Of a DNA stretch of 64,000 nt, positions 10,401 through 19,209 are shown piece by piece. Position 1 is the stretch's first letter; every line of letters starts with the position of its first letter. The notes under the pieces were generated by a model, which was not told the origin of the DNA, made no database searches, and was given only the letters and a program-made list of their open reading frames with translations. Origin of the DNA: an uncultured Muribaculaceae bacterium (GTDB lineage Bacteria > Bacteroidota > Bacteroidia > Bacteroidales > Muribaculaceae); NCBI GenBank assembly GCA_905233915.1, contig CAJOFM010000006.1:16873-80872 (forward strand), read 5' to 3'. The position numbers and the translations under genes are program-made.

Positions 10401-13174
10401 TAAATTATCGCGATTACACCGACGAAAACCACAACTGGTATGTCAATCATGCCGGATCCTATGACATCTTTGTCAACCCTGCCACCCGCATGGTGATGGT
10501 TTCGGCACCGCACGAGGAGATGTACATTTCCTATGGCGTCAACTGGACCTATCAGGACAACAGCATGCAGATGAGCACGGTAGACGGTAATATTTACCAG
10601 GCCACCATCACGCTCAACAACGGCGACTACTTCCTGTTCTCGACTAACCTGACCGATGAGACCGCATGGGGAGCCGAGACCAACGGCTACGAGATTACCG
10701 ACATGAGAATCGGCTATGCCCAGAAGATGGTTCAGGGCTCTGCCAACAACTACCACTTCACTGGCACCTCGGGCAAGTATATTGTTGTGGTCAACAAGGA
10801 GAAGAAGACCGTTACCCTGCGCAAGACCACCGATGCCACGGTGACCAAGGTCTATCTGCAGAAGAGCCCCAACGTGGTTCTTGACCCTGCCGGTGGCACC
10901 TATAACAACGTGCCGGTAGAAGGCAAGCGCGGCGGCATCTATGCCTGGAACAAGCTAAACCTGGAAGCCCAGAACGGCCAGACCTACACCTGGGCAATGG
11001 ATAAAGGTCCCACCAACTACACCTACGCTGGCGAGGTCGGTAACGACTATGGTGGCGACAACTATCTGAAGGACTTGAACGACACCATCACAGCCGATGG
11101 CAAGCAGTGGTATGCCTGGAGCATCCGCAACTCCATCTGCGAGTTCTACTTCATCCGCAACAACAAGGATGACCACAAGTCGCAGAATGTGATGCGCCGC
11201 GCCGGTGAGGTGTGGCTCGTCTGGACCGACGAGGATGCCACCAGCAACCGTCAGGACGACGCTGTGCAATGCGACAGCCTGCAGGAAGTGACACGCGACT
11301 ACTATGACGTGAGTGCCGGGTCGGTTGGCGACTGCGCCACCATGCTCGAGGGTCACTATTATGTGTATTACACCAACACCACCGGTTGGGATTCAGTTTA
11401 CTGCTACGCTTGGAGTGAGAATCCTCTGGTTGAATTCAATGGCACTTATCCCGGCAGCAAGTGTACCTTTGTCGGCTATGACGAGCACGGTTACGAGGTT
11501 TGGTGCTATGACTTCGGCCTGATTGACCAACACGGCGATAATGCGCCCGAACATGTCATCTTTGACAACGGCATGAACACCGACGAGACCCGTCAGCAGA
11601 CCGGCGACATGGTCTATGACAATGGCGCATGCTACGACTATCTGGGAATGATTTACCTGGGCAACTCGCTGAATGCCATCATCAACAGCGGCGTTGTCAA
11701 CGGTCCCAAATACACCGTCGAGGATGACCTGATTGGTGTTTACTACGACGAGAATGCCATCACGCTCATCAAGGCCTTTGACGAGAGTGGAACCGAGGTT
11801 GATTACTACGTCCGTGGTGCCCTCTATGCCAAGGACAACGAGAACTACAGCGCCAAGTCCAAGATGGCAGGCGGAAGCACCGACTACGTCTATGACATCT
11901 GTGCCCACCCCAAGACGACACAGTACCCCGGCGGCTCTCAAATCCAGCTCAAGCGCACTTACTACGATCAGAGTAACTGGGTAAAGATTGTGCTCTCGCC
12001 CAACTTTGACAACACCAATGCCAAGAGTAACGGTGATGTGACCATCGACGCCGACCAGTTTGACACGATGAACTATGAGCAGGCAACAGCTGTCGAGGGG
12101 GGTTACCTAAGCCGCTACGTCGGTAAGATCATCCCCGGCCACTCCATGTCGGGTAATCTAGTCAACAACGTCAATCCCCAGATGCACATCACCAACATCG
12201 CCAATCCCGTTGCGGCCAACCAGCAGTACGAGAAGAACGTGTATGTCACGACCCACTTCAACGACTCGGTAGTATTCAGCTACGCGCATCAGGACTGGAA
12301 GCCCGGCAACTATCAGGGTGTGTATCGGACCGTTCCCTATCTGGGCACCGACGACCAGGGCAACACCATCATCGACCACACCGAGGTGGACGAGTCTGTC
12401 CTCTACAAGATGTACTATGTGGCACCCAAGCCCCAGGAGGTAGCTTACATCACTTGGGCAGTGTTTGACCACCCCAATCCCAATAACAACATCGGCACTC
12501 CCAGCTGCGTGCAGGAGCCCGATGAACCCGGTGCCTTCTATGCACCCATGAATTGGGATAGGACCGGCCAGTTGTGGGATGGCACCAACCCCAATGATCC
12601 CAATGCTCCTTGGGGCACCACCTATGGCCCGTTCAGTAACGGTTACATGCAATACGGCGCATTCCAGGTCAACTGGTCACTCTTTGAGGACATGGAAATT
12701 CCCGTGAGCAACACTAACCGTGAGCAGCTCCCCTGGTATCAGGTCTTCAAGCCTGGTCAGGCCTATAAGATTCTTGCCATCATCCGCTACGCCCATGGTG
12801 ACAAGCCCGAGGATGTCGAGTACACGCCAGGCGTTTATTCGGGCAACGAATACAATGAGGGTGCAGGCAGCCACGTGGCTAACGCTCCGCGCCGCAGCAA
12901 CACCCGCTGGGCCGACATCAAGCCTGTGGAGTATGATGACCTGGATCAGAGCAAGTTCATCATCTTCCCCCTGAGGGGAAGCAGTGAGGACTCCAATGGC
13001 AACGACATTGGAAACGTGACCGTTGTCAAGGAGGTCAGCACCGCTCGCACCGTCGTCAGTGAGCGCTACTACAACCTGATGGGTGTCGAGAGCGACAAGC
13101 CGTTCAGCGGCATCAACATTGTCGTGACCACCTACAGCGACGGCAGCCGCACGAGCAAGAAAATCCTGCGCTAA
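7496..13174 (+). CDS. Very large secreted protein (1892 aa) with about 12 starch-binding-like modules (X25/SusE-F-like, CBM26-like) and T9SS-like CTD
   Basis: N-terminal hydrophobic signal; repeated Y(Y/F)(V/I).GD...(F/W)PNGW modules; YVYYTNTTGWDSVYCYAW and VFIYAWD...VIFNENG CBM26-like modules; CTD VVSERYYNLMGVESDKPFSGINIVVTTYSDG...KILR. Confidence 0.85.
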   Translation: MRHFKLFTREKFKLLLLIFCLAVSVPQLRADVVVAGNNTTLFGGSWTTATNSSNKMTQHSGTNYYYLTKTNANLTGNLEFKVVDNGNWYGTSSGDNVTCNATGTHTITFLYNSSNHEVDRIGTFSTDVIVTGSDAQALGSSWANSNLSNAMSTSDGLTFTLTRTAQYTSATSMQFKVHSVTTDRWYGTSSGDNVYYSIPGAGTYDVTYTFNVISREVSATVTPTSVTPPTPDYYIIGDNTDLWPNGWNTSNIPASQQMTESNGVYTWSVSNVHLDAGSIGFKVYDSNGVYHPSGSGTNININVSQSGTYDLVITYDPNSADDRATVVLTPISLDPVIPHYYVTGDNGLGLGGFTCVPTLELTDADGDGIFTYTTTATADGTYSFVFANGKGANSSDWSNFNDNYRIGPTNGNTQIAINAPFQQTQLSGGDHGAYQITVAAGPVTFYINHSDMTFRIEATELTIPVNYYVKGDNTDIFPNGWNDGASTAMTDNGDGTYIWTSGQFRLEMGTSYAYKVWGDDNSWHPNGDNATFSSNVPGTYTVTITYDNNNETVNAVLNPIQTDPTYDYDIYVRYTGEEPVENVFIYAWDAGGDLSDAWSGSTGGTSLSSLTTQEINGYTYYKVSYTSYATSIGVIFNENGSGDTKTADLTANPGNSYFTYGGGSDVVGPSSQADVPDYFVVGQDTSLFPNGWNTGSETLMTDNNGTYTLTMTNVQLNANQNYEYKVRGTDGSWYPDGDNASFSVDARGTYNVVFTFDGTNVNAVATLVQADPTYDYDIYVRYTGNENVSNVFVYAWDNEGTLSDAWDGSTGGTALSSLTSQEINGHTYYHVTYTSYDSSISLIFNENGSSSTQTADLTAEPGDSYFTYGGGSTVDGPNAEADEAITSMYLIGYAGTQQWAANAGIEMEWDEANGYYKLTNVVLTAGSQFAFATQLGSNNDDWETLNNHRLSSNGANNWLITDDMFDTWLNYRDYTDENHNWYVNHAGSYDIFVNPATRMVMVSAPHEEMYISYGVNWTYQDNSMQMSTVDGNIYQATITLNNGDYFLFSTNLTDETAWGAETNGYEITDMRIGYAQKMVQGSANNYHFTGTSGKYIVVVNKEKKTVTLRKTTDATVTKVYLQKSPNVVLDPAGGTYNNVPVEGKRGGIYAWNKLNLEAQNGQTYTWAMDKGPTNYTYAGEVGNDYGGDNYLKDLNDTITADGKQWYAWSIRNSICEFYFIRNNKDDHKSQNVMRRAGEVWLVWTDEDATSNRQDDAVQCDSLQEVTRDYYDVSAGSVGDCATMLEGHYYVYYTNTTGWDSVYCYAWSENPLVEFNGTYPGSKCTFVGYDEHGYEVWCYDFGLIDQHGDNAPEHVIFDNGMNTDETRQQTGDMVYDNGACYDYLGMIYLGNSLNAIINSGVVNGPKYTVEDDLIGVYYDENAITLIKAFDESGTEVDYYVRGALYAKDNENYSAKSKMAGGSTDYVYDICAHPKTTQYPGGSQIQLKRTYYDQSNWVKIVLSPNFDNTNAKSNGDVTIDADQFDTMNYEQATAVEGGYLSRYVGKIIPGHSMSGNLVNNVNPQMHITNIANPVAANQQYEKNVYVTTHFNDSVVFSYAHQDWKPGNYQGVYRTVPYLGTDDQGNTIIDHTEVDESVLYKMYYVAPKPQEVAYITWAVFDHPNPNNNIGTPSCVQEPDEPGAFYAPMNWDRTGQLWDGTNPNDPNAPWGTTYGPFSNGYMQYGAFQVNWSLFEDMEIPVSNTNREQLPWYQVFKPGQAYKILAIIRYAHGDKPEDVEYTPGVYSGNEYNEGAGSHVANAPRRSNTRWADIKPVEYDDLDQSKFIIFPLRGSSEDSNGNDIGNVTVVKEVSTARTVVSERYYNLMGVESDKPFSGINIVVTTYSDGSRTSKKILR
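8891..10150 (+). repeat. Intragenic tandem duplication of about 630 nt (X25-like + CBM26-like pair)
   Basis: DPTYDYDIYVRYTG at 9182 and 9806, with near-identical DNA through GGT.LSSLT.QEING.TYY and YFTYGGGS. Confidence 0.85.
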
Positions 13175-13201
13175 GCGCAAGAGATATCCCGACGATTGAT
13201 G

Positions 13202-13230
13202 AAAAAGGGGGGCTAAAGGCTCCCCTTTTT
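13202..13230 (+). terminator. Intrinsic terminator
   Basis: aaaaaggggggc-taaag-gctccccttttt stem-loop just after the stop codon. Confidence 0.75.
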
Positions 13231-13296
13231 CTGTGCGTTTGACACATGTTAATAAAAAAACTACCCGTGGGACTGATGTCTGCCGAAAAAAATCAT

Positions 13297-13304
13297 TAAT
13301 TTTG
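13297..13304 (+). promoter_or_regulatory. -7 promoter element
   Basis: TAATTTTG 30 nt upstream of the DUF1599 ATG. Confidence 0.55.
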
Positions 13305-13334
13305 TAGGTTTAATTGACAACTCAACCGACTACT

Positions 13335-13883
13335 ATGCAGAATACCAGCAAACAATATGACGAGGTGATTGCCCAGTGCCGCAAACTGTTCATCAACAAG
13401 ATGAAGGATTACGGACCATCGTGGCGCATCCTGCGTCCCCAATCGGTGACCGACCAGATCTTCATTAAGGCCAAGCGCATCCGCACCCTGGAACTCAATG
13501 GCGAGACCAAGGTGGGAGAAGACATCTGGCCCGAGTTCATCGGCATCATCAACTACGGCATTATCGGGCTCATCCAGTTGCGACTGGGCTACAGCGACGT
13601 GGTGGATATCACCAGTGAGCAGGCCCTGGAGCTCTATGACGAGCTCATCCAGGCCACCAAGGACCTGATGATTGCCAAAAACACCGACTATGGCGAGGCA
13701 TGGCGCGACATGCGCATCTCAAGCTATACCGACCTGATCCTGACCAAGATACAGCGCACCAAGGAAATCGAGAACCACAACGGCAAGACCCTGGTGAGCG
13801 AGGGTATCGACGCCAACTATCAGGACATGATCAACTACAGCGTGTTTGCCCTCATCAAGCACAACGAGGGAACTGATAGTTAA
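13335..13883 (+). CDS. DUF1599 (nucleotide-modification-associated domain 1) protein
   Basis: Two repeats of K..DYG..W...R..S.TD.I..K..R; typical Bacteroidetes length. Confidence 0.85.
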   Translation: MQNTSKQYDEVIAQCRKLFINKMKDYGPSWRILRPQSVTDQIFIKAKRIRTLELNGETKVGEDIWPEFIGIINYGIIGLIQLRLGYSDVVDITSEQALELYDELIQATKDLMIAKNTDYGEAWRDMRISSYTDLILTKIQRTKEIENHNGKTLVSEGIDANYQDMINYSVFALIKHNEGTDS

Positions 13884-13885
13884 TA

Positions 13886-13913
13886 GTTTAGAGTTTAGGG
13901 TTTAGAGTTTAGA
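13886..13913 (+). repeat. Heptamer tandem array GTTTAG(A/G) x4
   Basis: gtttaga gtttagg gtttaga gtttaga, read directly. Confidence 0.8.
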
Positions 13914-13930
13914 GAATTCTTGATGCGAGA

Positions 13931-15259
13931 ATGATGAAAATCAAGACCATAGTCAATGCCGTCAAGGGTGAGAAGTGGTGCAAAGTGCTCACCACGCTCA
14001 TGCGGCTCGTCGTGGGCGGCGTGTTCATCTTCTCGGGGTTTACCAAAGCGGTAGACCCGTGGGGTACCTGTTACAAGATTACCGACTACCTCAATGCCAT
14101 GGGATTGGAGAGCTGGACCAGCACGGCGTTAATCATTGCCGTGGCACTGGCAGCCCTAGAGTTTGTGTTAGGCATGTGCCTTGCACTAGGCACCTACCGC
14201 CGCAGCTCTCCCATCATCGCCCTGCTGCTTTTACTGGTGATGACACCGCTGACGTTGTGGCTCGCCGTTACCAACGCCGTACCCGACTGCGGCTGCTTTG
14301 GCGACGCACTGCACCTGAGCAACTGGGCCACCTTCGGCAAAAACCTGCTGCTCTTGCTGGGCGGCATCTACCTGCTGTTGTTTAACACGTCGCTGCGAGG
14401 CGTCTATGGGCCTGCAGTCCATTGGGTTGTGTCGGCTTTGTCATTCGCATTGGTCATGAGTGTGGCCTACTATGGCTACTTCTATCAACCCCTCATCGAC
14501 TACCGCCCCTATCCCGTAGGGACACAACTCTTGTCCACGACCATTGAAGAGAGCGACGAGGAAAGCGAGGACGATTTCATCTTCATCTACAGCAAGGATG
14601 GCGTGGAGCATGAGTTCACCATCGACAGCCTGCCCGATGAGGAAGACGGCTGGGAATATGTCACCCGCTACCATGCTAACCGCCCCCACGGCAAGGTCAT
14701 CCTGCAGAACGGCAATGCACAGAACGCCATTGCCATCATGGACGAGGGTGGCAATGACGTCACCGCAGATGTGCTGGGCAGCAACCGCCGCATGGTGTTG
14801 CTCCTGTTCCCTGACCTGGAACAGGTGGGAGTCGTTAACTCGTTTGCATTGAATGAACTCACCGACGCGGCCCTAGTCGCCGATGCCGAAGTCGTTGGTC
14901 TCACGCCCGCCACTAGCGAGCAAATCGAGCAGTGGCAAGATGTGTCGATGGCCAGCTATCCCATCTACAACATGGATGACAGCGAGCTCAAGATGGTGGC
15001 CCGCGGCAATCCTGCAGTGGTCTATCTCGAGGACGGAACCATTAAGTGGAAGCGCACCCTCTCATCGCTGGAAGATGTGGAACAACCAGTGGAGCTGAGC
15101 GACATGAACAATGACTATGACGCTGACAAGATCTTGACGACTCTCATGCTCACTTTCCTTGCCGCCATGGTGGCCTTGCTGATGCTCAACCGAAGCCACC
15201 TGGCCGTCAAGTACATCGTGGGCAGGAAGAAACATAATACCGATAATCCCAACAACTAA
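13931..15259 (+). CDS. BT_3928-family DoxX/MauE-like membrane protein
   Basis: RLVVGGVFIFSGFTKAVDPWG, VPDCGCFGD, PLIDYRPY; N-terminal TM helices, a periplasmic thioredoxin-like part and a C-terminal TM. Confidence 0.85.
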   Translation: MMKIKTIVNAVKGEKWCKVLTTLMRLVVGGVFIFSGFTKAVDPWGTCYKITDYLNAMGLESWTSTALIIAVALAALEFVLGMCLALGTYRRSSPIIALLLLLVMTPLTLWLAVTNAVPDCGCFGDALHLSNWATFGKNLLLLLGGIYLLLFNTSLRGVYGPAVHWVVSALSFALVMSVAYYGYFYQPLIDYRPYPVGTQLLSTTIEESDEESEDDFIFIYSKDGVEHEFTIDSLPDEEDGWEYVTRYHANRPHGKVILQNGNAQNAIAIMDEGGNDVTADVLGSNRRMVLLLFPDLEQVGVVNSFALNELTDAALVADAEVVGLTPATSEQIEQWQDVSMASYPIYNMDDSELKMVARGNPAVVYLEDGTIKWKRTLSSLEDVEQPVELSDMNNDYDADKILTTLMLTFLAAMVALLMLNRSHLAVKYIVGRKKHNTDNPNN

Positions 15260-15296
15260 AAACCAGGGACTAGAAACTAAGGACTAAAAACTAGAA
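15255..15296 (+). repeat. Heptamer tandem array ACTA(A/G)(A/G)(A/G)-like x6
   Basis: actaaaa accaggg actagaa actaagg actaaaa actagaa, directly before the kinase-AAA ATG. Confidence 0.75.
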
Positions 15297-15298
15297 AC

Positions 15299-17140
15299 AT
15301 GATACTCAAAGAAGGACAACCGATTGGCCAATGGCACGTGGTTTACCTCATCAAGGAAAACCCTTACGCCGAGAGTTACCGCGTCGAGGACGAGAGCGGC
15401 AACCCTTACTTCATGAAGATTTACCGCCTCAAGAACACGCCCGACAAGCTGATTCGTAACGGCGAGGTGAACGAGATCGCAATTTGCCGGCAGTTGAGCC
15501 ACAAGAACATTGTGAGCATTATCGACGACGGCGTCTATGACGACAAGGCGGGCGAATGCCAATACATGGTGTGCACCTACTTCAGCGGAGAGTTGTTAAG
15601 CGAGATGCTGCAGCGCAAAAAGAAAAAGAAACTCGACAAGAAAACCGCTGTCAAGATTTTCATCGAGATGCTCCAAGGCCTGCAATACCTGCATGAGCGT
15701 CCCGGTGTGCTGCTGCACAACGACATCAACCCCACCAACGTCATGTTGAGCAAGAAAACAGGCGGCACGGCTGAACTCATCGACTTGGGTCACGTGTCAT
15801 CACGCTTCATGGGCAACGCCCTGTTCGACACCGCCGACCTCGACCCCCGCTATGCCAGCGGGCAGTCCTTCCTGGGCAAGTATGACGAGCGGAACGACAT
15901 CTTTGCCGCTACGGGCGTGTTCTACACCATGCTCACGGGCAAAGCCCCCTGGGGTGTGGAATTCACGCCTGGCATGAGCCGCAAGGAGAAAATCCGCCTC
16001 GTGCAGAAGGCCCGAAGCGAGCAGGGCGAAATCGACGTCGATGACATCAAGGACGAGAAGCTGCAGGCCATCGTCGCTTGTGGCTTGTCTTTGAGCTACA
16101 CCGAGCGCTACGAGAGCGTTGACGAGATACTCAACGACCTGCTTGTTGACGATGACAGCGAGATGGCGCAGGAAATACGCGACCGACTCAATGCCCGTGA
16201 CCAGGAGGCCATTAAGGGCGAATTTGAGGATTCCTCAAACCGCGGCAATGACAACCGCAGCCAGGCTGCCAGCGAAACCAGTGCCGATGTCGAGATCAAG
16301 AAAGGCGGTGGTAACGGCTTTGCCGACATCGCCGGCATGGATGAACTCAAGGAGATGCTGCGCAAGCGCGTCATCCTCATCCTCCAAAACAAGGAGCTCG
16401 CCGACAAATATAAACTCACGCCGCCCAACGGCATGCTGCTGTATGGTCCTCCGGGATGCGGTAAGAGCTTCTTTGCCGAGAAGTTTGCCGAGGAGACTGG
16501 CTTCAACTTTATCCTCGTCAAGGCGAGCGACCTGGGCTCCATCTACATCCACGGCTCGCAAGGCAAAATCGCCGACCTGTTCAAGAAGGCCGAGGAGAAT
16601 GCCCCTACAGTGCTGTGCTTCGACGAATTTGACGCCTTTGTGCCTAGCCGTTCGGGCGACAACGTGGGTAGCAACCAGGCAGGAGAGGTCAATGAGTTCC
16701 TCTCGCAACTCAACAACTGCTCCAAGCGCGGCATCTTTGTCATCGCCACCAGCAACCGCCCCGACAAGGTGGACCCCGCTGTGCTACGCACTGGCCGCAT
16801 CGACAAGCAAGTGTATGTGCCCATGCCCGACTTGACCGCACGCAAACTCATGTTCGAGCTGTACCTCAAGGACCGCCCCTGCGATGAGATTGACTGCGAG
16901 GCCCTGGCAGTGAAGGCCGACGGCTATGTCGCCAGCGATATCGCCTATGTTGTCAACGAGGCAGCTACCATCGCCGCCTTCAACCGCGAGAATATCACCC
17001 AAGAACTGCTCATCAAGACCATCGAGGGCATCAAGCCGTCGATTAACAAGGAACTGCTCAAGGAATATGAGGAGATGAAAGACAAGATGGAAGGCGTTGA
17101 GCGCAGCAACTCCCTGCCTCGCGTAGGCTTCAATGTTTAA
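15299..17140 (+). CDS. Ser/Thr kinase-like domain fused to a classic-clade (Cdc48/FtsH-like) AAA+ ATPase
   Basis: Kinase part: LSHKNIV, HNDINPTNVML, LIDLG, DIFA.G. AAA part: GMLLYGPPGCGKS, LCFDEFD, ATSNRPDKVDPAVLRTGRID. Confidence 0.88.
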   Translation: MILKEGQPIGQWHVVYLIKENPYAESYRVEDESGNPYFMKIYRLKNTPDKLIRNGEVNEIAICRQLSHKNIVSIIDDGVYDDKAGECQYMVCTYFSGELLSEMLQRKKKKKLDKKTAVKIFIEMLQGLQYLHERPGVLLHNDINPTNVMLSKKTGGTAELIDLGHVSSRFMGNALFDTADLDPRYASGQSFLGKYDERNDIFAATGVFYTMLTGKAPWGVEFTPGMSRKEKIRLVQKARSEQGEIDVDDIKDEKLQAIVACGLSLSYTERYESVDEILNDLLVDDDSEMAQEIRDRLNARDQEAIKGEFEDSSNRGNDNRSQAASETSADVEIKKGGGNGFADIAGMDELKEMLRKRVILILQNKELADKYKLTPPNGMLLYGPPGCGKSFFAEKFAEETGFNFILVKASDLGSIYIHGSQGKIADLFKKAEENAPTVLCFDEFDAFVPSRSGDNVGSNQAGEVNEFLSQLNNCSKRGIFVIATSNRPDKVDPAVLRTGRIDKQVYVPMPDLTARKLMFELYLKDRPCDEIDCEALAVKADGYVASDIAYVVNEAATIAAFNRENITQELLIKTIEGIKPSINKELLKEYEEMKDKMEGVERSNSLPRVGFNV

Positions 17141-17165
17141 ACAATGGACTAAAAACTACAATACA

Positions 17166-17582
17166 ATGGACTTAAACAAACTGATGATGGATTACCTGGC
17201 CGAGGAAGGGTTCCGTCCCCACGAGACCCCCTTTGGCATCGCTTTCAAGAAAGAAGGCATTAATTTCTTGTATTTCAAGGATGAGGACGACGAGCAGTAC
17301 TTCAGGCTCATGATGCCCGCCATCTTTGTCGTCACCGAGGACAACGAGGATATGATCCTGCACGCCATGAACGATGTGAACAGCAACATCAAGGTGGTGA
17401 AACTCTACACCATGGACATGGAAGACGAGCAAGGCAATAAAGAGACCAGCGTTTGGGTTGCCTTTGAAATCCTTGCCGACACCACACCCGAACTGGGCGA
17501 CATCGTGCCACGTGCCATTACCTTGCTGCAAGGCGCACGCATTGCCTTCCTCGCCCGTCTTGAAGAAGTAGCTGACCATTAA
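17166..17582 (+). CDS. YbjN/T3SS-chaperone-like protein
   Basis: Acidic 138-aa protein with DYLAEEGFRP...YFRLMMPAIF...NDVNSNIKVVKLY...WVAFE, a YbjN-like pattern. Confidence 0.65.
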   Translation: MDLNKLMMDYLAEEGFRPHETPFGIAFKKEGINFLYFKDEDDEQYFRLMMPAIFVVTEDNEDMILHAMNDVNSNIKVVKLYTMDMEDEQGNKETSVWVAFEILADTTPELGDIVPRAITLLQGARIAFLARLEEVADH

Positions 17583-17604
17583 TTGATATAATCCAGACAG
17601 AACA

Positions 17605-18114
17605 ATGAAAAAGTACATATGCATGGCTGCACTATTCATCGTGGCAGCCCTCACCCTCACCTCATGCGGCGATGATGAGCCCAAAGAGACCGTAACGGCA
17701 ACCGCAACCTATAATATGAGTTTCTCGCAGGACCTGCTCAATGCCTGCAATGTGTTCATCACTTACAAGGCCGAGAATGGCCGCAACGTGATGGAGGCAG
17801 TTACATCCACCTGGTGGAGCAAGTCGGTCACAAGCGACAAGTTCCCCGCAGAGTTTGGGGTGATGTACAAGTTCAGCACCAAATCCGACGCCGAACTTGT
17901 ACAGGAGAAGTATGACCTCACCTGTGAGCTGAATTTCTCCTGCAAGACCAGCAAGGGAGCCAGCTACACCAATTTGGTGACCATCATCAACAGTAAGGGT
18001 GTAGCCAGGGACAAGGTAGTGAGCACCCTGGACAGACTGAGTGGTAAGTCCACGGGATTCAGGGTTACAAAGGACGGCATCGTCTCACCGGCCAACAGCC
18101 TGGATTACGATTAA
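17605..18114 (+). CDS. Hypothetical lipoprotein
   Basis: Lipobox LTLTSC-GDDEP; beta-rich 169 aa. Confidence 0.75.
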   Translation: MKKYICMAALFIVAALTLTSCGDDEPKETVTATATYNMSFSQDLLNACNVFITYKAENGRNVMEAVTSTWWSKSVTSDKFPAEFGVMYKFSTKSDAELVQEKYDLTCELNFSCKTSKGASYTNLVTIINSKGVARDKVVSTLDRLSGKSTGFRVTKDGIVSPANSLDYD

Positions 18115-18134
18115 GCTCTCCTTACACAATATCT

Positions 18135-18177
18135 AAAACAGCGAAGCGCCAGAACACGTCCGGCGCTTCGTTGTTTT
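18135..18177. terminator. Bidirectional terminator
   Basis: aaaacagcgaagcgcc...ggcgcttcgttgtttt between convergent genes. Confidence 0.8.
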
Positions 18178-18189
18178 ATTTTGAATACT

Positions 18190-19074
18190 TCATTTTTTCG
18201 GCTCCATGTGAATGGTCACGTGGGTCTGCTTGCCGAAGCGTTGCCTGATGCTCTGCTCGATGGCTGTTGCCCGGTCATGAGCGGCAGTGAGTGACAGGTT
18301 CCCGTCCATGCGCACATGGGCTTCGATGGCAAAGCGGTTGCCGATGCGTCGCGTGCGCAGGTTGTGAGGCTCGCTCACGTCGGGGAAAGAGCAGATAATT
18401 TCCTCGATTTCCTTCTCAATGTCTGATGAAAGTGAAGACTCGGTGAGTTCGCCCACACTGCTGTGCAGCAAGTTGACGGCAACCTTGACCAGCATGCCAC
18501 CCACGAGCACCGAGGCTAACGGATCAAGTACTGTCCAACGATTGCCTAGCAAGATCGCGCCGCCAATGCCCACCATGGTCCCTATCGATGAGAAGGCATC
18601 ACTGCGGTGATGCCAGGCGTTAGCCACAAGGGCTTGCGAGTCAAGCCGTTTGCCCAGTATAACCGTGTAGCGGTACAGCACTTCCTTCACGATGATTGAG
18701 ATGATCGCTGCTGCCAGCGCCAGCCATCCCGGTGCTGCAAGCTGCTTGCCGCCCGCCCAGTCGATGAGTTTTGTCACACCCGAAACAATGATGCCTGTGG
18801 CGGCTGCTATCAACGCCAGACCAATGATGAACGTGGCAAACGTTTCATACTTGCCGTGGCCGTAGTCATGGTCTTTGTCCTGGGGCTTGGCGCTCACATG
18901 AACAAACGCCAGCACGATGACGTCGGTAATGAAATCCGAGAGCGAGTGTACGGCATCGGCAATCATCGCCGAGCTATGTCCCATCACACCCGCGATGAAC
19001 TTGAAGGTCAGCAGCGCCACATTGCCCGCACTGCCCACCAGCGTCACTTTATATATTTCCTTCTCCCGGTTCAT
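18190..19074 (-). CDS. Cation diffusion facilitator family transporter (FieF-like)
   Basis: ADAVHSLSD, HDYGHGKYE, ANAWHHRSDA, and C-terminal HNLRTRR...HVTIHMEP. Confidence 0.93.
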   Translation of the reverse strand: MNREKEIYKVTLVGSAGNVALLTFKFIAGVMGHSSAMIADAVHSLSDFITDVIVLAFVHVSAKPQDKDHDYGHGKYETFATFIIGLALIAAATGIIVSGVTKLIDWAGGKQLAAPGWLALAAAIISIIVKEVLYRYTVILGKRLDSQALVANAWHHRSDAFSSIGTMVGIGGAILLGNRWTVLDPLASVLVGGMLVKVAVNLLHSSVGELTESSLSSDIEKEIEEIICSFPDVSEPHNLRTRRIGNRFAIEAHVRMDGNLSLTAAHDRATAIEQSIRQRFGKQTHVTIHMEPKK

Positions 19075-19160
19075 AACACGCCGACAAAGATAAACCTTTA
19101 CTCCATCCCATCCAACACTCCACCACAGTATTTTTTAGCAATGGGGGTAATTTATGCGAC

Positions 19161-19190
19161 AACGAGGGCATGCCATGGCACGCCCTCGTT
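19161..19190. repeat. REP-like palindrome
   Basis: AACGAGGGC-A-TGCCA/TGGCA-C-GCCCTCGTT. Confidence 0.6.
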
Positions 19191-19209
19191 TAATTATCTA
19201 TCTCAAGGT

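Noticed and set aside
13931-15259. Triosephosphate isomerase label often attached to this family
   Set aside because: No TIM motifs; this is a DoxX-like membrane protein.
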